Positions 39,148-48,988 are shown, counted from the first letter of the stretch. The stretch: DNA of 64,000 nt from an uncultured bacterium (GCA_964619725.1 CAZUFC010000009.1:1-64000); one strand, 5' to 3'. Notes: generated by a model from the sequence alone, not told the origin. Made by a program: numbers and translations.

Positions 39148-40353
39148 GTGATGATTGACTTTCAGGAATCGATTAGAAAATTGCGGGAGGAAATTTCCGG
39201 CAGGATTGTGTCGTCGGAAAGAATTTCATTGTATGATTCTCTGGGAAGGATCGCAGCAGAGGAGGCGTTGTCGAGATTGCACATACCTCCCTTCAATAGA
39301 TCAGCTATGGATGGATTTGCCGTTCGGCAGAACGACGAGAGGGAAGAATACCGGATCGTTGAAACAATAAAAGCCGGCTCAGTCGGACGATCGGAACTTT
39401 TACCCGGAACATGCGTGAAAATTATGACGGGAGCGCCGGTTCCCGAACAAGCGGGGCGCGTTATCAAGGTGGAGGACACGGAAGATAACGGGAAATTTAT
39501 GAGGGTCATTCGTTTCTCTGGAGATCATAATATTGCCCATCGGGGAGAAGATATCCGGGAAGGCGAACGCATATTGAAACATGGTGAATTGATTGACATA
39601 GCTTCATTGCCGGTGTTGATATCCTGCGGTATAGAAGAAATTACAGTTCGCCGGCGCGTGAAGGTTTCCGTCCTATGCACAGGCAACGAGCTGGTAAAAA
39701 GAATGTCGGATTACCGTCCCGGAAAGATATTCGATTCCAACGGTCCGTTGCTGACCAATCTGTTTCGGATTTTCGGCGCAGATGTCGTAGTCAGCGACTG
39801 GATACCTGACGATTTGAACGAATCGATAAAAAAAATAAAACATGCCATATCCTGTTCCGATGTAATATGTCTATCGGGAGGAGTATCCGCCGGTGATTTT
39901 GATTTTGTACCGGAGGCTATGAAAGCATCCGGATTGACTATTCATTTTTCCAGAGTCAGGATCAAACCCGGTAAACCCATGACCTTCGCATCGGGAAACA
40001 GCGTCATAGCGCTGGGCTTTCCCGGTAATCCTGTATCCACATTTGTCATGTTTCACTTGTACGGGATGATGACTTTAATGGGGTTGCAGGGTCGCGAGAT
40101 TGCAGCCCGGCTGTTGTCTTTGCCTCTGGCTCTTGACTTCAGAAGGAAAAAAGCTGAGCGGACGGAGTTTATCCCTTCGCGTCTGGATGATCGCGGTAGA
40201 ATCAAACCTATGAGATATCACGGTTCCGGTCATCATGCTTCTTTGAGGAACATAGACGGTTTTCTGGTTATGGCGCCCGGTGCGAATTTCGCCGCTCAAA
40301 ATTCCCCGGCGCAATTTTGGCCCTTGAATGTATCGCCTTATGAGAAGGTCTAA
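39148..40353 (+). CDS. moeA: Molybdopterin molybdotransferase
   Basis: PPFNRSAMDGFAV, IMTGAPVP, TGNEL, DSN, SGGVSAGDFD, KPGKP, GFPGNPVS. Confidence 0.95.
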   Translation: MMIDFQESIRKLREEISGRIVSSERISLYDSLGRIAAEEALSRLHIPPFNRSAMDGFAVRQNDEREEYRIVETIKAGSVGRSELLPGTCVKIMTGAPVPEQAGRVIKVEDTEDNGKFMRVIRFSGDHNIAHRGEDIREGERILKHGELIDIASLPVLISCGIEEITVRRRVKVSVLCTGNELVKRMSDYRPGKIFDSNGPLLTNLFRIFGADVVVSDWIPDDLNESIKKIKHAISCSDVICLSGGVSAGDFDFVPEAMKASGLTIHFSRVRIKPGKPMTFASGNSVIALGFPGNPVSTFVMFHLYGMMTLMGLQGREIAARLLSLPLALDFRRKKAERTEFIPSRLDDRGRIKPMRYHGSGHHASLRNIDGFLVMAPGANFAAQNSPAQFWPLNVSPYEKV

Positions 40354-40355
40354 GA

Positions 40356-41156
40356 ATGATTGATCCGTTCGGTAGAAAAATTGAATTGCTCAGGGTTTCG
40401 GTTACAGATAAATGCAACTATCGGTGCCTTTATTGTATGCCGCCGGATGGCGTTGAGTTCATTCCGCACGAAGAGATACTGCGTTTTGAGGAGATTCGGG
40501 ATATTGTTTCCGTTGGCGTTAAATTCGGGATAAACAAAATCAGACTGACGGGAGGCGAGCCTCTGGTAAGAAAGGGCATTACGGAACTTGTTCGTATGCT
40601 GGCATCGATTGCAGGATTGAAAGAACTCGCTATGACGACGAACGGATCACTCCTGGCTCCTTTAGCCTCTGACCTGGCGCAATCCGGACTGCAGAGGGTC
40701 AACATCAGTCTGGACACCCTTGATCCGATTAAATTTAATAGATTGACCCGCGGGGGAAACCTGAACGATGTGCTGCTGGGAATTGATGCAGCGGTTAAGG
40801 CAGGATTGACGCCGATAAAACTTAATATCGTCGTTGATCCCGATGAAGGCGATACCGATGCCCGAATGGTGGAAAAATACGGACAGGACAACGGATTCAT
40901 CACAAGACGCATTCGAAAAATGGACATTCGCAAAGGCATATTCAGCGTAGTCGAAAACAGCGACAGGGGAAATTGTAAATGTTGCAATAGATTGCGCCTG
41001 ACTTCAAACGGTTACATTCGCTGCTGTCTTCTCTCAGACATTATGTTCGATGTAAGGAAGCTGGGGACTGATGAGGCGATTCGTCGCGGGATTGTTATGA
41101 AACCGAAAAAGGGAATAGGCACGAGAAATTCATCAATGAGCAGCATAGGGGGATAA
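40356..41156 (+). CDS. moaA: GTP 3',8-cyclase (short form)
   Basis: LRVSVTDKCNYRCLYCMP, IRLTGGEPL, C-terminal CxxCNRLRLT..G....CL and terminal SIGG. Confidence 0.93.
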   Translation: MIDPFGRKIELLRVSVTDKCNYRCLYCMPPDGVEFIPHEEILRFEEIRDIVSVGVKFGINKIRLTGGEPLVRKGITELVRMLASIAGLKELAMTTNGSLLAPLASDLAQSGLQRVNISLDTLDPIKFNRLTRGGNLNDVLLGIDAAVKAGLTPIKLNIVVDPDEGDTDARMVEKYGQDNGFITRRIRKMDIRKGIFSVVENSDRGNCKCCNRLRLTSNGYIRCCLLSDIMFDVRKLGTDEAIRRGIVMKPKKGIGTRNSSMSSIGG

Positions 41157-41160
41157 TGAC

Positions 41161-41610
41161 TTGAAAAAATTGACGCATGTCGATGGTGAGGGAGAAGTCG
41201 CCATGGTTGACGTAGCAGAAAAACGCGTGCAATTAAGAACCGCGGTCGCAACGGGTGAAATTATCTTGTCTAAGACAGCGAGGCTTTTGATCGATAAGGC
41301 ATTGATCAAAAAAGGGGATGTTCTCACGACTGCTGAAATCGCTGGTATTCAAGCCGCTAAAAGGACTTCAGAATTGATCCCTCTTTGTCATCCGCTTATA
41401 ACTGATCACATCAGCGTAAAAGCGACTTCCAACAAAACCGGAATTAACGCGACCGCCAGGGTCCGCTGTCACGGCCGTACGGGCGCTGAGATGGAAGCAT
41501 TAACGGCAGTGAGCGTCGCATTGTTGACGGTTTATGATATGTGCAAAGCCGTAGATAAATCTATGATAATTAAAGATGTCCATCTGGTTGGAAAGGAGAA
41601 AACAGATTGA
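41161..41610 (+). CDS. moaC: Cyclic pyranopterin monophosphate synthase
   Basis: LTH...MVDV, KKGDV, LIPLCHP, TGAEMEAL, YDMCKAVD. Confidence 0.95.
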   Translation: MKKLTHVDGEGEVAMVDVAEKRVQLRTAVATGEIILSKTARLLIDKALIKKGDVLTTAEIAGIQAAKRTSELIPLCHPLITDHISVKATSNKTGINATARVRCHGRTGAEMEALTAVSVALLTVYDMCKAVDKSMIIKDVHLVGKEKTD

Positions 41611-42539
41611 AAACCGTCTTCTCCATAGAATCCGTGAATATATCCAAAGAAAAAGGGATAATAAAAATCCCTGTAGAGAAGGCAACGGCAGTTGAGAGGC
41701 ATGGTCTTCAAGGGGATGCTCATGCCGGTCCCTGGCATCGCCAGATCAGTTTGCTGGCCATGGAACAAATTGAAGCTTTCGATTATAAGGATCGAAAGTT
41801 GAATCCCGGTGAATTCGCAGAAAATTTGACGACTCGCGGCATAGATTTGAAAAAGGTAGCTGTATTGGACAGGGTCATTATTGGCGACGTACAACTGGAA
41901 ATTACGCAGATCGGAAAAAAATGTCATTTCGGCTGCGCTATCTACAAGGAAATCGGAGACTGCGTTATGCCCAGGGAGGGTTTGTTTTCCAGGACGCTCT
42001 CCGGCGGATTGCTCAAACCGGGAATGCAGGCCGTCCATATCCCCCGAAGTCTCAAAGTTATGGTTATAACTCTCAGCGATCGTGCCTACAAAGGGCAGTA
42101 TGAAGACAGAAGCGGTCCTGAAGCGGAAAAACTGGTAACCAGTCACTACAAGGAGAAACGGGACCGCTTGATGATAAAAAGGATAATTCTGCCCGATGAT
42201 GCTGTGAGGCTGGAGAATCAACTCAAAAAGGCTCTGAAACAAGAACAGGATTTCGTCATAACGACAGGAAGTACAGGGATCGGACGACGTGATATCGCTC
42301 CTGAAGCGACGTCGCATTTCTGCGACAAACTGATACCGGGAATCATGGAGCATGCAAGAGTTAAATTCGGGGCACGCAAGTCCGGGGCGTTACTTAGTCG
42401 GGGTGTCGCAGCGGTTCGAGACGATATGGTCGTAATTAATCTCCCCGGTTCCGTCAAAGCGGTCAAGGAGTATCTTTCGGAAATATTGCCGCTTTGGGAC
42501 CACATGCGTCGAATGATACATGGAATCGATGCTCACTGA
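41607..42539 (+). CDS. MOSC domain fused to MogA/MoaB molybdopterin adenylyltransferase
   Basis: N-half GDAHAG..HRQISLL, GEFAENL, ITQIGKKCH..C, CVMPREG; C-half TLSDR..YEDRSG, TTGSTGIG.RD..PEAT, LSRG, NLPGS. Confidence 0.9.
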   Translation: MKTVFSIESVNISKEKGIIKIPVEKATAVERHGLQGDAHAGPWHRQISLLAMEQIEAFDYKDRKLNPGEFAENLTTRGIDLKKVAVLDRVIIGDVQLEITQIGKKCHFGCAIYKEIGDCVMPREGLFSRTLSGGLLKPGMQAVHIPRSLKVMVITLSDRAYKGQYEDRSGPEAEKLVTSHYKEKRDRLMIKRIILPDDAVRLENQLKKALKQEQDFVITTGSTGIGRRDIAPEATSHFCDKLIPGIMEHARVKFGARKSGALLSRGVAAVRDDMVVINLPGSVKAVKEYLSEILPLWDHMRRMIHGIDAH

Positions 42540-42664
42540 AGCATGACGAACCGCTGATTGAATCGTAAAAGCTGCGATAGGGCTGAAATACGGAAAGGTC
42601 ATACGGAAGTGACGATTTACAGATATTTCAACCTGTAATACAAGAATCTTTTGAGAGGTTATCA

Positions 42665-43486
42665 ATGAAAATCATTTCTTTTATCCTGCTGATTTACCTG
42701 GCATTAACTTCATCTGCAAGCTCAGAAGAGAGTGAATTCATAACTTTAGCGACGACTACCAGTACTGAAAACTCAGGCATATTGACGGCTCTGAACGAAC
42801 AATTCACCAAAGATACGGGAATCAACGTTCATGTCGTGGCGAAAGGAACAGGAGCTTCATTGAAGCTCGCAGAAAAAGGCGATGCGGATATTGTTATGGT
42901 TCATTGCCCGGACCTGGAAGAAAAATTCGTGTCCGACGGGTACGGAACAAGGCGATATCCCTTCATGTATAACGATTTCATTTTAATCGGTCCGAAAAAC
43001 GATCCAGCCGGAGCTGAAGGATCGGAAATTCGGGAGGCTATGAAGACGATCGCCCGTAAAAAAGAGACGTTCATTTCTCGTTGTGATCGCTCAGGCACAC
43101 ATATGAAGGAAATGTCTTTATGGAAGCTAATTAATGTTTCCCCTGAAGGAGACTGGCGACTTTGCGTAGGACAGGGAATGGGGAAAACAATCATGATTAC
43201 TTTTGAAAAAGCAGGATATACGTTGAGCGATCGAGGAACTTACCTCGCCTTCAGGAAAAAAAACGACCTGATTATCATCAGCGAGGACTCTGAGCTTCTC
43301 CATAATCCTTACAGTATTATACCCGTGAACCCGAAAAAACATGAACATGTAAAATATGAAAACGCGAAGCGTTATGCTGAATGGATAGTTTCCGATAAGG
43401 CTCAGAGGATCATTGCTGATTTCAGAGTTAAAGGAGAGCCGTTGTTTTTCCCTGATGCGCGAAGTCATTGTTCCGAGAAAAGATAA
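42665..43486 (+). CDS. tupA: Tungstate ABC transporter substrate-binding protein
   Basis: Signal peptide; ATTTSTENSG, GTG.SL, VH, FMYNDF, FISRCDRSGTH, GQGMG, YTLSDRGT. Confidence 0.92.
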   Translation: MKIISFILLIYLALTSSASSEESEFITLATTTSTENSGILTALNEQFTKDTGINVHVVAKGTGASLKLAEKGDADIVMVHCPDLEEKFVSDGYGTRRYPFMYNDFILIGPKNDPAGAEGSEIREAMKTIARKKETFISRCDRSGTHMKEMSLWKLINVSPEGDWRLCVGQGMGKTIMITFEKAGYTLSDRGTYLAFRKKNDLIIISEDSELLHNPYSIIPVNPKKHEHVKYENAKRYAEWIVSDKAQRIIADFRVKGEPLFFPDARSHCSEKR

Positions 43487-43623
43487 AGTAAAAGCGAATG
43501 CCGGGATTAGAATGTTATGAGTTGTTCAATGCTGATAAATCGCCGGCGTGCAGAATCGCAAGGAGAACAGCAGGCAGGGGACCGAGCGATTCTGTTTAAC
43601 AATTCGAAACAGGATACAGCGAA

Positions 43624-44307
43624 GTGAACGTTATCGCATTTTTCAATTCCATATCGCACTCGGTCGTATCGGAAGCCGTTAAAGTCTCCTTGCAGACATC
43701 CTTGTGTTCAACTGCAGCCGCAGCCGTACCGGGAGTAATATGTGGATTATTGTTGGGGTTGCATCAATTCAAAGGTAGAAACATACTGATTACGGTTCTG
43801 TATACTATGCTGGCTTTTCCCACGGTGGTGATCGGATTGTTCGTATATTTGCTGCTCAGCCGTTCGGGACCTTTCGGCGAACTCGGCTTGCTTTATACTA
43901 AGTCTGCTATCGTTATCGGGCAGACGATACTGATAGCGCCGATTATTGCAACTTTTACCCTCAGTTCGGTCAAAAAGCTTGATCCGATGTTCCTGTTGAC
44001 GGCCCGATCATTGGGAGCACGATCTTTCATACTGTATTCCACGGTGTTGCGGGAAGCTCGCTTCGGCATACTGGCTTCGGTAATAGCCGCATTCGGGAGG
44101 GCGGTATCGGAAGTGGGCGTATCCATGATTCTGGGCGGCAACATCGCAGGCATTACCAGGACGATGACCACAGCCATCTCTCTCGACCTGGATAAAGGAG
44201 AATTCAACCAGGTATTGATCCTCGGCGTATTGCTTTTGACTATTTCGCTGGGGATAAATATTATTTTTCATTGGTTTCAAAGGGATATTGAGGATAATCA
44301 TGCTTGA
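43624..44307 (+). CDS. tupB: Tungstate ABC transporter permease
   Basis: PTVVIGL..YLLLSRSGPFG, AAFGRAVSEVG.SMILGGNI...TRTMTTAI. Confidence 0.92.
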   Translation: MNVIAFFNSISHSVVSEAVKVSLQTSLCSTAAAAVPGVICGLLLGLHQFKGRNILITVLYTMLAFPTVVIGLFVYLLLSRSGPFGELGLLYTKSAIVIGQTILIAPIIATFTLSSVKKLDPMFLLTARSLGARSFILYSTVLREARFGILASVIAAFGRAVSEVGVSMILGGNIAGITRTMTTAISLDLDKGEFNQVLILGVLLLTISLGINIIFHWFQRDIEDNHA

Positions 44308-45292
44308 GGCGCGCGATCTGCAAGTCAGATACGGAGATCAAGTCGTTTTAAATCTGGATGGAATAAAATTTTCACACGGTAATACGTACGCTGTCATAGG
44401 AGCGAACGGCGCCGGCAAGTCTACTCTCCTTCTTTGCCTGGCTGGATTGATCAAACCGACCCACGGCAAAATTTTATTGAACAAGAAGGATATCACAGGC
44501 ACGGCGATGCCCTCAATCGGCGTTTTATTGCAGAAAACGTTTCTGTTCTCAGGCTCAGTTCTTAGAAATGTTGAATATGGACTTCGATGTCAGGGCATCA
44601 GTAAATCGGAGAGAAGACATAGAGCGCTGGCTGCCCTGGCGAAAGTCGATATGAAAAGCATGGCGCATAAAACGAGACGAACTCTATCAGGCGGCGAGAT
44701 GCAGAGAGTCGTCCTGGCCAGGATACTGGCTCTGGAACCGGAAATACTTCTTCTGGACGAACCATTCGCACACCTGGATCAGGAATGTTCCGCCACCCTT
44801 CTCCATATTCTGCGTGGAATGAATGAACACAAACGATCAACAACCGTTATAGCCACGCATGACTTCGCCAGGGGCTATGCTCTGGCTGATATTGTCATCG
44901 CTCTGGAATCAGGGAAAAGAGTAAAACCCAGAACGATGAATATACTTCGAGGCATCAGTAGAAGAATCGAGGGACAAAGTATTCTGGAAACAGGAGACGG
45001 ATTGCGCATTCAACATATGGAACCGGTTTTGGGAGAATCTGCTTTCCATGTTGATCCTTCCGCCATCACACTGGCTCGACGGCGCTATATCTCCACCGCT
45101 CGCAACCAGTTGAAAGGAAAAATTACTGCTCTGATCCAGGAAGGAACAGGAATACGCGCTGAAGTCGCGGTTTCCGGCTATGAGTTTTCGATCATGCTTA
45201 CGCAGCAATCCTGTCGCGACCTGATCTTACAGGTAGGCGAAGAAATCTGGCTGGTTTTCAAGGCTTCCGCTGTGAAAAACATTGAATTGTAA
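44300..45292 (+). CDS. tupC: Tungstate ABC transporter ATPase with C-terminal TOBE domain
   Basis: GANGAGKST, LSGGEMQR, LLLDEP; TOBE motifs TARNQLKGKI and FKASAV; ATG44300 overlaps the end of tupB. Confidence 0.88.
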   Translation: MLEARDLQVRYGDQVVLNLDGIKFSHGNTYAVIGANGAGKSTLLLCLAGLIKPTHGKILLNKKDITGTAMPSIGVLLQKTFLFSGSVLRNVEYGLRCQGISKSERRHRALAALAKVDMKSMAHKTRRTLSGGEMQRVVLARILALEPEILLLDEPFAHLDQECSATLLHILRGMNEHKRSTTVIATHDFARGYALADIVIALESGKRVKPRTMNILRGISRRIEGQSILETGDGLRIQHMEPVLGESAFHVDPSAITLARRRYISTARNQLKGKITALIQEGTGIRAEVAVSGYEFSIMLTQQSCRDLILQVGEEIWLVFKASAVKNIEL

Positions 45293-45363
45293 GAGAGAAG
45301 AATTGAGGAAGATAAACCTGAATTCTGTAAATTCGAGCGTTCTTCTGAAAAAAATGCGCCGCT

Positions 45364-46194
45364 CTACAGACTCCGGCATTTTATTCCGGAAATTCTCTCA
45401 GGCCAGGAATACAGATTGAAACGATTCCCTCTGGCGAATCCTATCAATGTTATGCCGTATTGTTCAGCAAGACGGACCGCAGAATAAGTCGGCGCAGATC
45501 GCGAAACCAGGATGGGAATACAGGCTCTGAGTGTTTTCAGCGTTATTTCACTGGAAATTCTTCCCGAGCTGAAAGTCATAACGGCTTTTTCAGCAGCCGG
45601 CCGGTTCAACATTGACCAGCCTGTCAACTTGTCCAGGCAATTATGTCGTCCGACATCCTCCGAAATATGCAGAAATCGTTTACCGTCGGAAATGCCTGCG
45701 ACATGAACGCAGCCCGTCCTTTTGAAAAGCGTGGAACTCTGTGATAATTCCCGTGCAAGATTACTGATGCTTTCTGCGTCTGTGATATTGCCCTCGACGG
45801 AAAGTTTTTTGAAAAGATTAGATTTCGAAGGATTAATGTACGTTAATCCCTTACCGCAGCCAGGAGTAATCGTAAGCAATTTTTCTCCGCCGGGCCGGCC
45901 GGCATTCTCTTTCACTAGCACTTCAGCCAGGTAATGAACCGGATGAATTTCAATTGAATGTATGTCAGAGTAACTATTCACGATTCCTTCGGAAAACAGT
46001 ACGCCCAGCGTTAATTCTTTCATCTCATGCTGTATGGTTAAAATCGAAACTAAATCCTGATTATTGACACGGATCCGCAGCGAAATTTCATTCAGGATAT
46101 CATCATCAACGCACTCTGTTTGGTTTCGCCTGAAGCGGAATACTTCAACCGTTTCGATTAAACTTTTCATTCCAGCGTTTTCGTTCGTCATCAT
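45364..46194 (-). CDS. fdhD: Formate dehydrogenase accessory sulfurtransferase
   Basis: G.LFSEG, TPGCG, FKRTGCVH, EDVGRHNCLDKL, SGRISSE, SRSAPT, LIGFARG. Start placed at the ATG after GAGGGAG; ATG46209 is an alternative. Confidence 0.92.
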   Translation of the reverse strand: MMTNENAGMKSLIETVEVFRFRRNQTECVDDDILNEISLRIRVNNQDLVSILTIQHEMKELTLGVLFSEGIVNSYSDIHSIEIHPVHYLAEVLVKENAGRPGGEKLLTITPGCGKGLTYINPSKSNLFKKLSVEGNITDAESISNLARELSQSSTLFKRTGCVHVAGISDGKRFLHISEDVGRHNCLDKLTGWSMLNRPAAEKAVMTFSSGRISSEITLKTLRACIPILVSRSAPTYSAVRLAEQYGITLIGFARGNRFNLYSWPERISGIKCRSL

Positions 46195-46368
46195 GGACGA
46201 CTCCCTCATTTAAACAGAATGTGCAACGGACAGTCTCGGGCAACCTTTCGATCCCCGCAGGATTGTTCAGCTTAACAAAAAAAATACGGGAAGGGAAACT
46301 GACTTGACCGAACCGGTTTTAAAATGTAAAAAGAAAAGCGGGAATGACCCTGAAAAGGATTGTTTTTA

Positions 46369-46956
46369 ATGAAAGCTCTCATTCTTGCAGGAGGGAAAAA
46401 CAGGCGCTTCGGGTCGCCTAAAGGCTTGATCGATTGGAACGGCAGACCGTTGATTCAGCATATCATGAATTGTCTGACGATGTTTTTTAATGATATCCTC
46501 ATAATCTCAGACATGAACCATTATGATTTTATGAATCTTCCTGTTGTGCCTGATCGAGTTCCAGGACTGGGACCTCTGGGGGGTATTTATACTGGCCTGA
46601 AAGAATTACCGGATGAAGCGGTATTTGCAGCGCCCGTCGATATGCCTTTTCTATCTGAATCCTTAATCGAAGGGCTGATTAATGAACGTAAATCAGAAGA
46701 TGTTACAGTTTATACGCACAAGAATCTGATTGAACCTCTTCCCGGAATTTACGGGCCCGGATGCATTGAAACGATTGATTCCATGGTTGAGAGAAACCGG
46801 CTCGGACTTCATGATCTGTTCAGGAGAGTGAACGCGAAATTCGTACCGTTTTCAGGAGATTCCGGTTTTTTTCAGAATATCAATTCACTTCAAGACTTGA
46901 TCAGGGCCGATAGTTTCCAGCGTGAAATCGATCCCGGGACGTCAGTTTTTTCCTGA
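46369..46956 (+). CDS. mobA: Molybdenum cofactor guanylyltransferase
   Basis: ILAGGKNRRFG.PK, GPLGGI, DMPF, EPL, F.NINS..D. Confidence 0.92.
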   Translation: MKALILAGGKNRRFGSPKGLIDWNGRPLIQHIMNCLTMFFNDILIISDMNHYDFMNLPVVPDRVPGLGPLGGIYTGLKELPDEAVFAAPVDMPFLSESLIEGLINERKSEDVTVYTHKNLIEPLPGIYGPGCIETIDSMVERNRLGLHDLFRRVNAKFVPFSGDSGFFQNINSLQDLIRADSFQREIDPGTSVFS

Positions 46957-47002
46957 AATCAAGGAAATAGAGAAGGCCTAACGGTTGGTGAATCCGGTAT
47001 GG

Positions 47003-47043
47003 TGAAAACAAGGGACGGGACAAATTCCCGTCCCTTGTTTTCA
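47003..47043. terminator. Bidirectional intrinsic terminator between convergent mobA and porin genes
   Basis: Perfect 18-bp inverted repeat TGAAAACAAGGGACGGGA-caaat-TCCCGTCCCTTGTTTTCA. Confidence 0.8.
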
Positions 47044-47055
47044 AATAAAGCTGGA

Positions 47056-48186
47056 TTAGAATCGGTAAATGCCGGAAAGGTACAATTGAGAAGCTGTTGA
47101 ACTGTCGCTGTCATAAGTTTCCATTGAATCCAAAAAGTCACCGGTGAACTGTGTGAATTCTAATCCGACTGAAGCGCCGGCTCCTATTTTAAACTCTATG
47201 CCGGCAAAAAATGCGCTGGTATCCTGGAGCCCAGGATCCGCAATCTGTTCATCATCCGTCAGACTTTCCATGCCGTATCCGCCCCAAGCCATTATTTTAT
47301 CATTGCTGTAGACTAATTCGATCCACGAAGCTGTTACTTCCTGTCCTTCAAAATCGTCTACATCTTCTGAATAAACATCGGCTCGACTTCCAAAAGCATT
47401 CAGGTTCTCACCCGTAGCAAATTCTCCCTTGATGCAGAATCCGCCTCCGAAAGTCAGGTTCAAATCTACTCCTAATCCCATGATGCCCGCATCATCATCG
47501 CCGAAATCCTCGCTGCCGGATACTCCGGAAAAACCGAATTTATAAGCGGCCCCTTCACCGAGTTTGAAACCTACCCGCCCCTGAAATACGGGCAGATTAC
47601 TTTGCATGCCGCCGACGCTCCCCGGGTCTCCCATCATGAGGGCGAATTCTACGGGACTCCCCATATATGTATAGCGGAGTTGACCGCGCCGGAGACCCAT
47701 ATTGCCTACATTCCAGAAATTGCCGTTCGTGTTCAGGGTCGTCGGATTGAGTGGCGAGAAAAGATCCCATTGCTGACCCATTAGAATCGAACTCCCTAAA
47801 TTTTTCCATTCCAGATACGCCAGTCGAGTTCTGAAGCGCATAGAACTGTTGTTGCTGCCGTCGAAAAGATCCCACTCGAGCCTTCCGTTGATGTTAAAAT
47901 TTGAAAACATCCGGGGACCTTTCCAGCGAAAACCGAAGCGGGAATTCTGGGCCGTCAGCGTCGTGTAACTGTTGTCGTACTCTTCCATGTCAGGCTGGGG
48001 CCACCGACCCGCATAAAGATTGTTCATTTCCCAACTCTGATAGATCAGGTCTGCCTTCAGAAAACCATAAAAATTAAATTCATGATTCTCTGTTTCCAGA
48101 AGCGTTATGTTTGCGTTTGCTGCAGGCAGCAGCATACACGTCGTCAGAATGCTCACCAACAATACTGCTTTTACCGTTCGGAACAT
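47056..48186 (-). CDS. Outer-membrane beta-barrel porin (DcaP-like)
   Basis: Signal peptide, FYGFLKAD, SRFGF, RxRLAY, GQ.WDLFSPL, amphipathic strands, terminal YRF; SD AAGGAGG. Confidence 0.75.
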   Translation of the reverse strand: MFRTVKAVLLVSILTTCMLLPAANANITLLETENHEFNFYGFLKADLIYQSWEMNNLYAGRWPQPDMEEYDNSYTTLTAQNSRFGFRWKGPRMFSNFNINGRLEWDLFDGSNNSSMRFRTRLAYLEWKNLGSSILMGQQWDLFSPLNPTTLNTNGNFWNVGNMGLRRGQLRYTYMGSPVEFALMMGDPGSVGGMQSNLPVFQGRVGFKLGEGAAYKFGFSGVSGSEDFGDDDAGIMGLGVDLNLTFGGGFCIKGEFATGENLNAFGSRADVYSEDVDDFEGQEVTASWIELVYSNDKIMAWGGYGMESLTDDEQIADPGLQDTSAFFAGIEFKIGAGASVGLEFTQFTGDFLDSMETYDSDSSTASQLYLSGIYRF

Positions 48187-48339
48187 AGTTTCCTCCTTGT
48201 TTTATTTTCGTTGATGCCAAATGCCCCGAAAAAAGTTCGATTCAAATCTTCTTCTTAGCTGCAGGAAATCGATAAAATTGCGCGTATCCGTCTTCATACT
48301 CCGTTTATCAGACTAAGAAGCCCTCCCAAGTAGCCACTG

Positions 48340-48368
48340 AAACTAGCATTATCTCAAACTCATGTCAA
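48340..48368 (-). promoter_or_regulatory. Sigma70-type promoter for the porin gene
   Basis: Minus strand TTGACA-N17-TAGTTT with extended TG. Confidence 0.45.
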
Positions 48369-48599
48369 TAACAGAATTCCCCTGAATCATTTTTTTTTGA
48401 CTAAAATGACTTTTTAAGCCCTGGTTTTGCTCTCTGAATTGAATTCTTATACCCTTTTCAGTCATACTCTAAGAATTTATTCCATTGTTTTTAAATATTT
48501 TTAAAGCGTCCTCGCGATATTGTTCGCGCCCGGCGATATCCTGATATCCCGTTTAATGAGATTGAAATTATGACATGACCTTACCCGAAGAAAACTGAA

Positions 48600-48633
48600 T
48601 TGACTTTATTATAAGACATTGTTATAAAGTTAA
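48600..48633 (+). promoter_or_regulatory. Putative fdh promoter overlapped by an inverted repeat
   Basis: TTGACT-N17-TATAAA with TG extension; arms TTGACTTTAT / ATAAAGTTAA are 9/10 complementary. Confidence 0.5.
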
Positions 48634-48796
48634 TCAGAACCATTGAGTCCGACGAATGAAGTATGATGGAGGGCTCATTGCATTAGGGAGGGGGGCGATT
48701 TAAATTTCAGATATTATTTTGATCGTCGCAGTAGAGAACGGTAGAGGTTTCGATTTTTACCGGTAACGACATTCAAACTGTGAGAGGAGTATTTGA

Positions 48797-48976
48797 ATGG
48801 AAAAAAAAGAAGTATCGCGTCGGAAATTTCTTAAGCAGGCAGCGATTATTTCAGCTGTGGGAGTAGTAGCAGTAACGTCGCGAGGAAAAGCGGGATCGAA
48901 AAACCGGGTTGACCGGCAGATTCTGTATCGTGAAACCAGGGACTGGAAAGCGTATTACAAAACCATCAAGAATTAA
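48797..48976 (+). CDS. 59-aa twin-arginine small protein of formate dehydrogenase operons (formate_TAT-like)
   Basis: MEKKEVSRRKFLKQAAIISAVGVVAV...ILYRETRDWKAYYKTIKN; SD GAGGAG; directly upstream of fdhA; absent from the ORF track. Confidence 0.85.
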   Translation: MEKKEVSRRKFLKQAAIISAVGVVAVTSRGKAGSKNRVDRQILYRETRDWKAYYKTIKN

Positions 48977-48988
48977 GGAGTGTAATTT

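Noticed and set aside
38747-39151. 134-aa ORF upstream of moeA, or a Moco/Wco riboswitch in this or other Mo/W leaders
   Set aside because: The ORF has no recognisable features and spans the divergent promoter region; I could not see the riboswitch consensus by eye (an Infernal search would settle it).
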